Below, piece by piece: positions 27,501-39,359 of a stretch of DNA of 64,000 nt. The stretch is from assembly GCA_035459025.1 (NCBI GenBank), contig DATHYT010000045.1, positions 13,171-77,170 on the forward strand, written 5' to 3'. The notes beneath the pieces were generated by a model. The model was given only the letters and a program-made list of their open reading frames with translations, was not told the DNA's origin and did not search any database. Positions within the stretch are counted from its first letter, which is position 1. The number at the start of each line of letters is the position of its first letter. The stretch is from Burkholderiales bacterium (GTDB taxonomy: Bacteria > Pseudomonadota > Gammaproteobacteria > Burkholderiales > SG8-39). A program made the translations under genes and the position numbers.

Positions 27501-29361
27501 GTTCGGCAACGGCATGCTGCTGTCGCGCCAGATCCGGCTGCTCGCCGCGTTCGACCACCGCCACATCTTCCTCGATCCCGATCCTGATCCCGAGAACAGC
27601 TTTGCCGAGCGCGAGCGCCTGTTCGCGCTGGCGCGCTCCTCCTGGGCCGACTACAACGCGAAGCTGATCTCCAAGGGCGGCGGCGTCTGGCCGCGCACCG
27701 CCAAGTCGGTGCCGCTCTCGCCGGAGGCGCGGCGCGCGCTGGGCGTCGAAGCCAAGGCCCTGTCGCCGACCGAGCTGGTGAGCGCGATCCTCAAGGCGCC
27801 GGTCGAGCTGCTCTACAACGGCGGCATCGGCACCTACGTCAAGGCAAGCCCGGAATCGCACGCGCAGGTCGGCGACCGCGCCAACGACGCGCTGCGCGTC
27901 GACGGCCGCGAGCTGCGCTGCAAGGTGGTGGCCGAGGGCGGCAATCTCGGCTTTACGCAGCTCGGACGCATCGAGTACGCGCTCGGCGGCGGGCGCATCA
28001 ACACCGACGCCATCGACAACTCGGCGGGCGTGGACTGCTCGGATCACGAGGTGAACATCAAGATCCTGCTCGACGCGGCGGTGCGCGAAGGCGAGCTCAC
28101 CGGCAAGCAGCGCGACCGCCTGCTCGCCGAGATGACCGACGAGGTCGCGCAGCTCGTGCTGCGCGACAACGTGTTCCAGACGCAGAGCCTGTCGGTGGCG
28201 GGGCGCGTGGCGCCGGCGCTCCTCGAGCAGCAGGCGCGCTTCATCCGGGCCCTCGAGCGCGCCGGGCGCCTGAACCGCGCCATCGAGTACCTGCCCGCCG
28301 ACGAGGAGATCGCGGCGCGCCGGTCGGCGCGCCGCGGGCTGACCGCGCCCGAGCGCGCAGTGCTGCTCGCCTACTCCAAGATGCAGACTTACGAAGAGCT
28401 ATGCGCCTCGGACATTCCGGACGATCCCACTATCGCCACGGCGCTCGAGCGCTACTTCCCGCAGCCGCTGCGCAAGCGCTACGCTCGCCACATCCAGGCG
28501 CATCCGCTGCGCCGCGAGATCATCGCCACGCACGTCACCAACAGCATGGCCAACCGCGTCGGCAGCACCTTCGTGCACCGCATGCGCGAGGAGTCCGGGG
28601 CAAGTACGGCGGAAGTCGTGCGCGCGTACATGGTGACGCGCGAAGCCTACGGCCTGGTGGCGTTCTGGCGGCAGGTCGAGGCGCTCGATCTCAAGGTGGC
28701 GGACGAGGTGCAGGCCGCGATGCTTCTCGACGCGGGCCGGCTGGTGGTGCGTGCGACGCTGTGGCTGCTGCGCAACCGCAAGCACCTCGCCGACGTTGCC
28801 GCGTCGGTCGCGCACTTCCGTCCGGGAATCGAGGCCCTCGGCGCGCTGCTGCCGGAGGCCTTCGCCGAGAGCGAGCGCCAGGGCTTCGAGCAGGCGAGCC
28901 GGCGTTACCTCGAGGCCGCCGTACCGCCCGCGCTCGCCGCGCAGGTAGCGCGCTTTGACGCGTTGCCGGCGGCGCTCGACCTGGTGGAGGTCGGCGAGGC
29001 CCTCGGTCGCGATGTGCGCACCGTGGCGCAGGCCTACTTCGCGCTTGGCGGCCGGCTCGAGTTTCCCTGGCTGCGCTCGTGCATCTCCGGCCTGCCGGCT
29101 GAGAGCCACTGGCAGACCCTTGCCAAGGCGGCGCTGCGCGACGACCTCGCCGGCATGCAGCGCCAGCTGGCCGCCGACGTGCTGCGCGGGGCGGACGGCG
29201 CCGACACAACGCGCGCCCTGGCCGCGTGGGAGGAGACCAACCGCGCATTGCTCGAGCGCTTCCGCCAGGTGCACGCCGACCTGCGCACCCACAAGACGCT
29301 CGACCTGGCGATGGCTTCGGTGGCGATGCGCGAGCTGCGCAACATCGCGGCGCGCGGCTGA
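24538..29361 (+). CDS. gdhB: NAD-specific glutamate dehydrogenase, large (about 180 kDa) type
   Basis: 1607 aa. Collinear with the 1600-aa NAD-GDH class, with catalytic-core motifs [40 protein letters not shown] and [13 protein letters not shown]. Confidence 0.95.
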   Translation: [1607 protein letters not shown]

Positions 29362-29373
29362 GGCGGCGGCCGC

Positions 29374-31031
<1,658 letters not shown>

Positions 31032-31032
<1 letters not shown>

Positions 31033-33308
31033 CAGCGCTCCTGCAGCGCGCGCCACACCTTTTCGGGCGTGAGCGGCATGTCGATCTCCTTCACGCCGAG
31101 CGCGTCGATCACCGCGTTGACGATCGCGGGCACGGCGCCGTGGCAGCCCGCTTCGCCCGCGCCCTTGGCGCCGAGCAGGTTCTGCGCCGTGGGCACGGAC
31201 TGCTCGAAGCTCGCCTGCATCGCTGCCGGCATGTCGGCGGCGCGCGGCATGGCGTAGTCCATGAACGAGCCGGTGAGCAGCTGCCCGGTCTCGTCGTACA
31301 CCGACTGCTCGAACAGCGCCTGGCCGAGTCCCTGCGCCACCCCGCCGTGCATCTGCGACTCGGCGGTGAGCGGATTGATGACGCGCCCGATGTCGTCCAC
31401 CGCGCTGTGGCGCGCGACGCGCACCGCGCCGGTCTCGGGGTCGACCTCGACCTCGGCAATCTGGCAGCCGTTCGGCCAGGTCTGCCCCTTGGCCGTCTCG
31501 GTGTGCTCGCAGACGATGCGCTGCGCCGGCTGCTTGCCCGCGAGCTCGAACAGGCCGATGCCGCGGTCGGTGCCGGCAATGCGAAAGCGCCCGTCGCCAA
31601 ATTCGAGATCGGCCACGGCGGCTTCCAGCGCCTGCGCCGCGAGCGGGCGCGCCGCCTCGATCAGCGCGATGGCGCCGGCCAGCGCCGCGCTGCCGCCGAC
31701 CTGCAGCCCGCGCGAGCCGCCGGCGCCCCCGCCCGCCTTGAGCAGGTCGCTGTCGCCCTGCACGACGCGGATCGCCTGCGGGTCGATGCCGAGCTTGTCC
31801 GCCACGATCTGGGCATAGGACGTCCACAGCCCCTGGCCGATCGCCTGGGTGCCCGAATCCACTTCCAGCGTGCCGTCGGCCGCCGCGATCATGCGCACCG
31901 TCTCGCTCAGGCGCGCGCTGCCCGTGATCTCGACGTAGCACGCCAGCCCGCGCCCGTAGCGCAGCCCGCGCGCCTCGGCGCCCGCCTTGCGCCCCGCAAA
32001 GCCGTCCCAGTCGGCGGCCCCGAGCGCCGCGCGCAGCACCTTCTCGAAGTCGCCGCAGTCGTAGGTGTAGCCGGCCGGGTTCGCATAGGGCATGCGCGTG
32101 GCCGGGATCAGGTTCTTCAGCCGCAGCGCGATCGGGTCGGCGCCCACCTCGCGCGCCGCGCGCTCGACCAGCCGCTCGAGCAGATAGCCCATCTCCGGCC
32201 GCCCCGCGCCACGGTAGGCGTCCACCGGCGTGGTGTTGGTGAACATCATCTTCACTTCGTGGTCGAGCACCGGGATCGCGTAGACGCCGGTGGGCGCGCG
32301 CACGCCCGACATCGCGGGCACCGCGGCGCCGAAGCTCGAGATGTAGGCGCCGACGTTGGCGAGCGTGCGGATGCGCAGCGCGGTAAAGCGATGCCCGGCG
32401 TCCAGCGCGAGCTCGGCGACCGTCAGGTTGTCGCGCCCGTGCACCTCGGCGAGGAAGTTCTCCGAGCGGTCGGCGAGCCAGCGCAGGGGCCGCCCGAGCT
32501 TCTTCGCCGCCCACAGCAGCGCCGCGTGCTCCGGATAGGCGTAGCCGCGCGCGCCGAAGCCGCCGCCCACGTCGGTGCTGACGATGCGCAGCGCCTCCTC
32601 CTTGACGCCCAGAGCGCCCGCGAGCTGCGCGCGCGTGTTGTGCACATTCTGCGTGGGGCACCACAGCGTGTAGCGGCCGGTGTCCGCGTGGTATTGCGCC
32701 GCGAGCGCGCGCGGCTCGAGCGGATTCGCCACCACGCGCTGGTTCACCACCTGGATGCGCACCACGTGCGCCGCCGCCGCGAACGCCGCCTCGCGCGCCG
32801 CCTTGTCGCCCGCGTGATAGTAGGCGACGTCGTTATGCGCGCGCGCGGCGCCCGGCAGGTCGGGAATCGCCTCCAGCGGCTCCCACTCGACCTCGATCAT
32901 CTCCGCGGCGTCGCGCGCCTGGTGGCGCGTTTCGGCGACCACCATGGCCACGGCGTCGCCGACGAAGCGCGCCTCGTCGGCCGTGATCGGCATGCGCGGC
33001 GGCGCGACGATGGGCGAGCCGTCCTGGCGCTTGTGCAGGTGCGTGAAGGGGATCGGCCCAACGCCGTCGGCAACGACGTCGGCGCCGAGGTAGACGGCGG
33101 CGACGCCCGGTGCGCCGCGCGCGGCAGAGACATCCATCTTCGCGATGCGCGCGTGCGCGTGCGGCGAGCGCAGGAAGGCGACGTGCAGCGCCCCTTCGGG
33201 GCGCACGTCGTCGGTGTAGCGGCCCGCCCCGGTGAGCAGGCGCTGGTCCTCGAGGCGCCGCAGGGGCTTGCCGATCCACTGGCTGGCGGAAAGGATGGGG
33301 TCGTTCAT
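31032..33308 (-). CDS. molybdopterin-binding large subunit of the xanthine dehydrogenase/CO dehydrogenase family (form II CoxL-like)
   Basis: ORF 31032..33326(-). ATG at complement 33306-33308 (MNDPILSASQWIGKPLRRLEDQRLLTG...) preferred over the upstream TTG. Contains the AYRGAGR active-site loop motif. No 2Fe-2S small subunit or FAD medium subunit gene is adjacent. Confidence 0.85.
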
Positions 33309-33352
33309 TGGGGGCAAAGCGCGCAATTCTATACTGCGTGCCTGGAGGCTCC

Positions 33353-34228
33353 ATGACCACAGCAGAGGTTCTCGGCTTCATCGGCACGGGCGTGATGGGC
33401 GAGCCCATGTGCCGCAATCTGGCCGCGAAGAGCGGCGCCCGGGTGATCGCCTGGGATCCGCAGCGCGCGCCGCTCGAGCGCCTGCGCACGCACAGCGTGA
33501 CGCTCGCCGCCAGCCCGGGCGAGCTCGCCGCGCAGGCAGCGATCGTCTTCGCCTGCCTGCCGGGCGGCGCGCAGCTCGAATCGCTCTGCGAAACAGCGCT
33601 CCTGCCCGCGGCACGCGCCGGACTGACGATCGTGGATCTGGGCACCTCCGGCGTCGGCCGTACGCGCGCGCTGGCGCAGCGCTTCAGCGCGCGCGGCGCC
33701 GACTACGCGGACGCGCCCATCGCGCGCACGCGCGCGGCCGCCGAGGCCGGTACGCTCGCCATCAGCGTCGGCGCGACACCCGAGGTGTTCGCGCGCATCC
33801 GGCCGCTGCTCGCCTGCATCGGCACCGACATCACGCACTGCGGCGGCGTCGGCAGCGGGCAGGTGGTGAAGATCCTCAACAACATGGTGCTGTTCCAGAC
33901 CGTGAACGCGCTTGCCGAGGCGCTGGCGCTCGGGCGGCGCGCCGGCGTGGAGCCGGCGCTGCTGTTCGAGGCGCTCGCCAAGGGCTCGGCCGACAGCTTC
34001 GCGCTGCGCAACCACGGCATGAAGGCGATGCTGCCGGGCGAGTACCCGGAGCGCGCCTTTTCGGTGGAGTACGCGTCCAAGGACAACGGCTATGCCCTGG
34101 AGCTCGGTCGCGAAACCGGGCTGCGCCTGCGTGGCGCGGAAACCGTCGCCGCGTTGTTCGACGAGGCGCGCGCCGCCGGCTATGGCGGCGCCTACTACCC
34201 GGTGATCGCGAAAGTCGTGGACCGCTGA
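33353..34228 (+). CDS. NAD(P)-dependent beta-hydroxyacid dehydrogenase (3-hydroxyisobutyrate/6-phosphogluconate dehydrogenase-like) family protein
   Basis: In-frame ATG 33353 in ORF 33308..34228, with CTGGAGG Shine-Dalgarno upstream. Rossmann motif GFIGTGVMGEPM, with DAPIAR and GSGQVVKILNN motifs. Confidence 0.85.
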   Translation: MTTAEVLGFIGTGVMGEPMCRNLAAKSGARVIAWDPQRAPLERLRTHSVTLAASPGELAAQAAIVFACLPGGAQLESLCETALLPAARAGLTIVDLGTSGVGRTRALAQRFSARGADYADAPIARTRAAAEAGTLAISVGATPEVFARIRPLLACIGTDITHCGGVGSGQVVKILNNMVLFQTVNALAEALALGRRAGVEPALLFEALAKGSADSFALRNHGMKAMLPGEYPERAFSVEYASKDNGYALELGRETGLRLRGAETVAALFDEARAAGYGGAYYPVIAKVVDR

Positions 34229-34235
34229 AGCGCGC

Positions 34236-34958
34236 CTACCAGCGTACCGTGGCCCCGATGAGCAGCGCCTCGTCGATCGGCGCGCTGCCATTGCCGTTGC
34301 GCCAGCCGATGTCGAGGTCCACGTCGCGCGTCATCGACCAGATGGCGCCGATCGTGGAGTAGCGCACCGTGCGCCCGCCGGGCGCCGGATTGGTCTCGCG
34401 CGCGAACTCGCCCACGAAGCGCACGTCGCCGATGCGGTAGGTGGCAGCCGCGGCCAGCTGGCGCAGCGATTCGCGCTCGCCGAGCTTGTTCTCGTTGCGC
34501 CAGAATCCGGCGTGCGCGTGCACGGCGATGGCGCCCGGCGCGTACGACACGATGATCAGCGACCCCCAGGTGACCTTGCCGGTGCCGCGCCCGTCGCGCT
34601 CGTCGCCGGTGGGCACGGTGATGCCGGGCTTGAGCGCCAGGCTCCAGGCGTTGCGCTCGAGGAAGCGCCACTTGAGGCCGAGCGAGGCGTCGCCGACGCC
34701 GTCGGGCCCGTCGCGGTACACCGGAATGCCGACCTGGACGTCGGCGGTCTCGCCGACGCCGTAGCTGAGCACGCCGGTCCAGACCTCGATGTCGCGGCGC
34801 GTGCCGCGCTCCTCCAGCTCTTCGGCAAACACTTCGAGCTGGTAGCGGCCGGCGCCCTGCGTGCCGGTGTCCTCGGTGATCAGCGGATGCGCGGCCTGCG
34901 CGTCGAGCGCGACCGCAAGGCAAAGCGGAAGAAGTCCTGCGGCAAGTTTAGTATTCAT
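34236..34958 (-). CDS. outer-membrane beta-barrel 'transporter' family protein (MetA-pathway/phenol-degradation-like OMP)
   Basis: 240 aa. Signal peptide MNTKLAAGLLPLCLAVALDAQA. HPLITEDTGTQG start typical of this family, alternating beta pattern, terminal W. Confidence 0.6.
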   Translation of the reverse strand: MNTKLAAGLLPLCLAVALDAQAAHPLITEDTGTQGAGRYQLEVFAEELEERGTRRDIEVWTGVLSYGVGETADVQVGIPVYRDGPDGVGDASLGLKWRFLERNAWSLALKPGITVPTGDERDGRGTGKVTWGSLIIVSYAPGAIAVHAHAGFWRNENKLGERESLRQLAAAATYRIGDVRFVGEFARETNPAPGGRTVRYSTIGAIWSMTRDVDLDIGWRNGNGSAPIDEALLIGATVRW

Positions 34959-34987
34959 GTTCCCGACTGTCGTGGAAAGGAGACGCC

Positions 34988-35284
34988 GTGCCCTACGCCA
35001 TACTGACGACTGACAAGCCGAACAGCGCAGAGTTGCGCGCCAGGGTGCGCGACACGCACATTGAGTATCTCACGGCCAACGTGCACAAGCTGCTCGCGGC
35101 CGGCGCGCTGATCAACGACGACGGCAGCGGCGGCCACGGCGGCATCCTCATCGTCGACACCGACGACCGCAAGGACGCCGAGGCCTTCATCGCGGCAGAC
35201 CCCTTCGCGAAGGCCGGGCTGTTCGAGAAGGTGACGGTAACGCGCTGGCGCAAGGCCTACTTCAACAAGCAGAAGCTGATCTAG
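34988..35284 (+). CDS. YciI family protein
   Basis: 98 aa with a GTG start. YciI-like pattern (R..HIEYL..., LLAAGALINDDG...GGILIVD, AEAFIAADPFAKAGLFEKVTV.RW). Confidence 0.8.
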   Translation: MPYAILTTDKPNSAELRARVRDTHIEYLTANVHKLLAAGALINDDGSGGHGGILIVDTDDRKDAEAFIAADPFAKAGLFEKVTVTRWRKAYFNKQKLI

Positions 35285-36394
35285 CTAGGGCGCGGGCTCC
35301 AGCCGCGCGAGCACGGCGCGCGACTCGTCGGTGAGCAGGTAGAGGAAGCCGTCGGGGCCGCTGCGCACGTCGCGGATGCGCCCGAGCGCGCCCTGGAGCA
35401 GGCGCTCCTCGCGCACCACCTTCTCGCCGTCGAGCTCGAGCCGCACCAGGAGCTGCGCCTTGAGCGCGCCGATGAACAGGTCGCCGCGCCACTTCGGAAA
35501 TTTGTCGCCCGTGTAGAAGGCCATGCCCGAGGGCGCGATCGACGGCACCCATTTCCACACCGGCTGCTCCATGCCGGGCTTGTGCGTGCCCTCGCCGATC
35601 TGCGTGCCGACGACGTACTGCACGCCGTAGGTGATCACCGGCCAGCCGTAGTTGGCGCCGGCGCGGATCACGTTCACCTCGTCGCCGCCCTGCGGGCCGT
35701 GCTCCTGCGTCCAGAGGACGCCGGTCTGCGGATGGAGCGCCGCGCCTTGCTGATTGCGGTTGCCGAGCGTGTACTTCTCCGGCTTCCAGCCCGGCTTGCC
35801 GACGAACGGGTTGTCCTCGGGCACGCGGCCGTCGTCGTGCAGGCGGATCACCGAGCCGGCGTGGTCGCCCGGGCGCTGCGCGCGCTCCATCTCGCCGCGG
35901 TCGCCGAGCGTGATGTACAGGTAGCCCTGCCGGTCGAACACGAGGCGCGAGCCGAAGTGGCGCCCCGTGCTGCCCTTGGGGTTCTGGCGGAAGATGACCT
36001 GCGCGTCCTCGAGCCGGTGGTCCGCGAGGCGCCCGCGCGCGACTTCCGTGCCGACGCCGTCGATGCCGCGCGCGGTAAAAGAGATGTAAACCAGGCTGTT
36101 CTCCTTGAAGCGCGGATGCAGCGCCACGTCCATCAGGCCGCCCTGCCCGACCACCGTGACCTCGGGCAGTCCGGCGACGGGCTGCGGGTCGAGGCGGCCG
36201 TCCTTGACGATGCGCAGCCGCCCGGCCTTCTCCGTGACCAGCATGCGGCCGTCGGGCAGGAAGGCGAGCGCCCAGGGCTGCTCCAGGCCGCGCACCAGCT
36301 CGACGACGCGAAAGCTGTGCTCGGCGGAAGTGTGCACCTGCGCGACGGCGGGCAGCGTGGCGAGCGCGGCCACGATACAAATGACGGTTTTCAT
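35285..36394 (-). CDS. PQQ-dependent soluble sugar (aldose/sorbosone) dehydrogenase, YliI/Asd-like
   Basis: 369 aa. Signal peptide. Beta-propeller motifs (LEQPWALAFLPDGRMLVTEKAGRLR, HFGSRLVFDRQGYLYITLGDRG, EHGPQGGDEVNVI, NYGWP). Confidence 0.85.
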   Translation of the reverse strand: MKTVICIVAALATLPAVAQVHTSAEHSFRVVELVRGLEQPWALAFLPDGRMLVTEKAGRLRIVKDGRLDPQPVAGLPEVTVVGQGGLMDVALHPRFKENSLVYISFTARGIDGVGTEVARGRLADHRLEDAQVIFRQNPKGSTGRHFGSRLVFDRQGYLYITLGDRGEMERAQRPGDHAGSVIRLHDDGRVPEDNPFVGKPGWKPEKYTLGNRNQQGAALHPQTGVLWTQEHGPQGGDEVNVIRAGANYGWPVITYGVQYVVGTQIGEGTHKPGMEQPVWKWVPSIAPSGMAFYTGDKFPKWRGDLFIGALKAQLLVRLELDGEKVVREERLLQGALGRIRDVRSGPDGFLYLLTDESRAVLARLEPAP

Positions 36395-36414
36395 GTGCCT
36401 AGCATAATGCCAGC

Positions 36415-37119
36415 GTGGCGATCGCGCGCTTTCGCTTCCACGGCGGGCTGGCGGCCTTCCTGAACAAGGAACACCGCGACCGCTCGTTCGTGCACGCCTG
36501 CGCGCGCGCCGCGACCCTCAAGAACGCCATCGAGGCGCTCGGCGTGCCGCACACCGAGGCCGGGCGCGTCATCGTCAACGGCGCCCCGGCCACGCTGCAG
36601 CGCGCGGTGCGCGACGGCGATCAGATCGAAGTCTTCGCCACAACGACGCAAGAGGGAATAGACCTCATCTTCCTGGCCGACGCGCACCTCGGGGGCCTGG
36701 CGCGCTTCCTGCGCATGCTGGGCTTCGACACGCTGCACGACAATCGCTTCGCCGACGCCGAGATCCGGCGCCTGGCCGAGGCCGAGCGGCGCATCGTGCT
36801 CAGTCGCGACCGCGAGCTCCTCAAGTGCCGCGAGATCGCGCATGGCTGCTACGTGCGCGCCCTCAAGGCAGAGGCGCAACTGCGCGAAGTGGCGGCGCGC
36901 TACGGCCTTGCGGCGCGCGCCCGCCCGTTCACGCTTTGCCTGCGCTGCAATCTTCCGCTGCTGCCGGCCACCAAGGCGCAGGTTGCCGCGCTCGCCCCGC
37001 CGCAGGTCCTCGAGCACCAGACGCAGTTCACTTGCTGCGCCGGCTGCGGCCGCGTGTACTGGCCTGGTTCGCATTACGCGCGCATGCGCGCCGCGCTCGG
37101 CGACCTGCTCGGGGGATAA
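36415..37119 (+). CDS. Mut7-C ubiquitin-like plus Mut7-C RNase (PIN-like, DUF82) domain protein with C-terminal zinc ribbon
   Basis: 234 aa. N-terminal beta-grasp-like part (RFRFHGGLAAFL...VNGAPATLQRAVRDGDQIEVF), then FLADAHLGGLARFLRMLGFDT...SRDRELL and the Cys pairs CLRCN...CCAGCGRVYWPGSHY. Confidence 0.8.
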   Translation: MAIARFRFHGGLAAFLNKEHRDRSFVHACARAATLKNAIEALGVPHTEAGRVIVNGAPATLQRAVRDGDQIEVFATTTQEGIDLIFLADAHLGGLARFLRMLGFDTLHDNRFADAEIRRLAEAERRIVLSRDRELLKCREIAHGCYVRALKAEAQLREVAARYGLAARARPFTLCLRCNLPLLPATKAQVAALAPPQVLEHQTQFTCCAGCGRVYWPGSHYARMRAALGDLLGG

Positions 37120-37126
37120 TCCCCTC

Positions 37127-38179
37127 ATGCCAACCGCCGCCGTCGTCGGCGCCCAGGGCGTCATCGGGCGCTACATCGTCGAGAAGCTCGCTTCCCTGCC
37201 CGACTGGAGTGTGGTCGGGCTTTCGCGCCGCAAAGGCGCCGATGCGCCGCGCGTCAAGCACATCCCGGTGGACCTGCTCGATCCGCGGGACGCCAGGGCG
37301 AAGCTCGCCAGCCTCAAGGACGTGACGCACGTCTTCTTCGCCGCGTTCCAGCCCGGCAGCGGACCCGCCGCGGACTACGCCAAGAACATCGCCGCCAACC
37401 TCGAGCTGCTGGTGAACTCGGTCTCGCCGATCGACCAGGCGTCCTCGAAGCTCGAGCGCGTCGTGCTGGTGACCGGCACCAAGTACTACGGCTCGCACCT
37501 CGGTCCGTTCAAGACGCCGGCGAAAGAGGACGACCCGCGGCACGCGGGCCCCAACTACTACTTCGACCAGATCGACTGGCTCGCGGAGTACAAGAAGGGC
37601 AAGCGCTGGAGCTGGACCGAGCTGCGGCCGCAGACGCTGTGCGGCTTCGCGCCGGGCACGGCGATGAGCATCGTGTCGGTGATCGCGGTGTACGCCGCGA
37701 TGCGCAAGGAGCTCGGGCTGCCGCTCGCCTTTCCCGGCACGGCCTGGTCCTCGCTCTACCAGGTTACCGAGTCGGCGCACATCGCCGAAGCGGCGCACTG
37801 GGCAGCGACCGAGCCGCGCTGCGCCAACCAGGCCTACAACATCACCAATGGCGACTACTTCCGCTGGCAGCACGTGTGGCCCGCGATCGCCAAGGTGTTC
37901 GACATGCCCGTCGCGGAGCCGCAGCCGCACGCGCTCGTGGATTTCATGGCCGACAAGGCCCCGCTGTGGGACGCGATGGTGAAGAAGCACGGCCTCAAGC
38001 CCTACAGCTTCAAGGACGTCGTCGCCTGGCCCTTCGGCGACTACGTCTTCAATTGCGACTGGGACGTGATGACCAGCACCACCAAGTGCCGGCAGCACGG
38101 CTTTCACGCCGTGGTGGACAGCGAGGAAATGTTCGGGCGGTTGCTGCGCCGCTTTCGCGCCGAGCGAATCGTCCCGTAG
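37127..38179 (+). CDS. extended SDR oxidoreductase, progesterone-5beta-reductase/iridoid-synthase-like (PRISE/VEP1-like)
   Basis: In-frame ATG 37127 in ORF 36842..38179. GAQGVIGRYIVEKL glycine motif, TGTKYYG, and NYYFDQ (the NFYY-type motif of this subfamily). Confidence 0.7.
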   Translation: MPTAAVVGAQGVIGRYIVEKLASLPDWSVVGLSRRKGADAPRVKHIPVDLLDPRDARAKLASLKDVTHVFFAAFQPGSGPAADYAKNIAANLELLVNSVSPIDQASSKLERVVLVTGTKYYGSHLGPFKTPAKEDDPRHAGPNYYFDQIDWLAEYKKGKRWSWTELRPQTLCGFAPGTAMSIVSVIAVYAAMRKELGLPLAFPGTAWSSLYQVTESAHIAEAAHWAATEPRCANQAYNITNGDYFRWQHVWPAIAKVFDMPVAEPQPHALVDFMADKAPLWDAMVKKHGLKPYSFKDVVAWPFGDYVFNCDWDVMTSTTKCRQHGFHAVVDSEEMFGRLLRRFRAERIVP

Positions 38180-38186
38180 GTCCGCG

Positions 38187-39359
38187 CTATTCGAACGGCG
38201 GCTTCAGCCCGAGCAGCTTTCCCAGCACTTCCTCGGTATGCGCGCCGAGCGCCGGCCCCGGCGCATCGGTGCGCCCCGGCGTCTCGCCGAGCAAAGGCGG
38301 AATGGCGGGGATCTTGAGCGGCTTGCCGTTCACCTCGACCGGCTCGAACATGCCGCGCGCATTGAAGTGCGGGTCGGCCATCATGTCGGCGACGTTGTAG
38401 ATCGGGCCGTTCGGCACGCCCGCCTGGCGCAGGGCCTCCAGCACCTCTGCCGAGCTGCGAGCCTTGGTCCAGGCGCCGATTGCCGCGTCGATCTCCTTCT
38501 CGTTCTCCACGCGCTTCGCGTTGGTCGCAAAGCGCGCGTCCTCGGCCATCTCCGGCCGGCCGATGGCGCGCATCAGGCGCTGATAGATCGAGTCGCCGTT
38601 GCCGCCGATGATCACGTACTTGCCATCCGCGCAGAGATAGGTGTTGGTCGGCACGATGCCGGTGAGCGTCGAGCCCGAAGGCTCGCGGATCACGCCCGCG
38701 CCGTCGTACTCCGGCACCACCGACTCGAGCAGGTTGAATACCGACTCGTAGATGGCCACGTCGACGACCTGTCCGGCCTTCGCCTTGCCGCGCAGCCGCG
38801 CGGTGAGCGCAAGCAGGATGCCGAGCACCGCGTGCAGGCCGGCGAGCGTGTCGCCCATGGAAAGGTTCGGCCGCACCGGCGGCCGGTCGGGAAAGCCGTT
38901 CACGTGGCGAAAGCCCGCGAAGCCCTCGCACACCGAGGCAAACCCGGGCTGCGCGGCGTAGGGCCCGGTCTGGCCGTAGCCCGAGACGCGCGCGACGATC
39001 AATTCGGGATTGAGCTGCTTCAGCTCCGCGGGCGACATGCCCCACTTCTCGAGCGTGCCCGGGCGGAAGTTCTCGATCAGCACGTCGCACTTCGCCGCGA
39101 GCTGCTTGGCGATCTCGCGCCCGCGCGGCGTGCCCAGGTCGAGCGTGACGGATTTCTTGTTGCGCGCGAGGCTCGCCCACCACAGCGACGTGCCGTCGCG
39201 CACCACGCGCCAGCCGCGGATCGGGTCGCCCCCGGGCGGCTCCACCTTGATGACCTCGGCGCCGAAATAGCCCAGCACGCAGCCGGCGAAGGGGCCGGCC
39301 AGCAACTGCCCCATCTCGAGGACGCGGATGCCCTCGAGCGGCCGTGCCGCCGCGCTCAT
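38187..39359 (-). CDS. family III CoA-transferase (CaiB/BaiF family)
   Basis: 390 aa. Shows [43 protein letters not shown] and the GD.L.G region. Its ATG overlaps the stomatin-like stop (ATGA). Confidence 0.9.
   Translation of the reverse strand: MSAAARPLEGIRVLEMGQLLAGPFAGCVLGYFGAEVIKVEPPGGDPIRGWRVVRDGTSLWWASLARNKKSVTLDLGTPRGREIAKQLAAKCDVLIENFRPGTLEKWGMSPAELKQLNPELIVARVSGYGQTGPYAAQPGFASVCEGFAGFRHVNGFPDRPPVRPNLSMGDTLAGLHAVLGILLALTARLRGKAKAGQVVDVAIYESVFNLLESVVPEYDGAGVIREPSGSTLTGIVPTNTYLCADGKYVIIGGNGDSIYQRLMRAIGRPEMAEDARFATNAKRVENEKEIDAAIGAWTKARSSAEVLEALRQAGVPNGPIYNVADMMADPHFNARGMFEPVEVNGKPLKIPAIPPLLGETPGRTDAPGPALGAHTEEVLGKLLGLKPPFE

Noticed and set aside
36654-36673. GGGAATAGACCTCATCTTCC inside the Mut7-C gene resembles one arm of the GGGACAGACCTCATTT repeat family.
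   Set aside because: The match is only partial, no inverted partner is visible nearby, and it encodes the conserved start of the nuclease domain (IDLIFLAD). It is probably coincidence.
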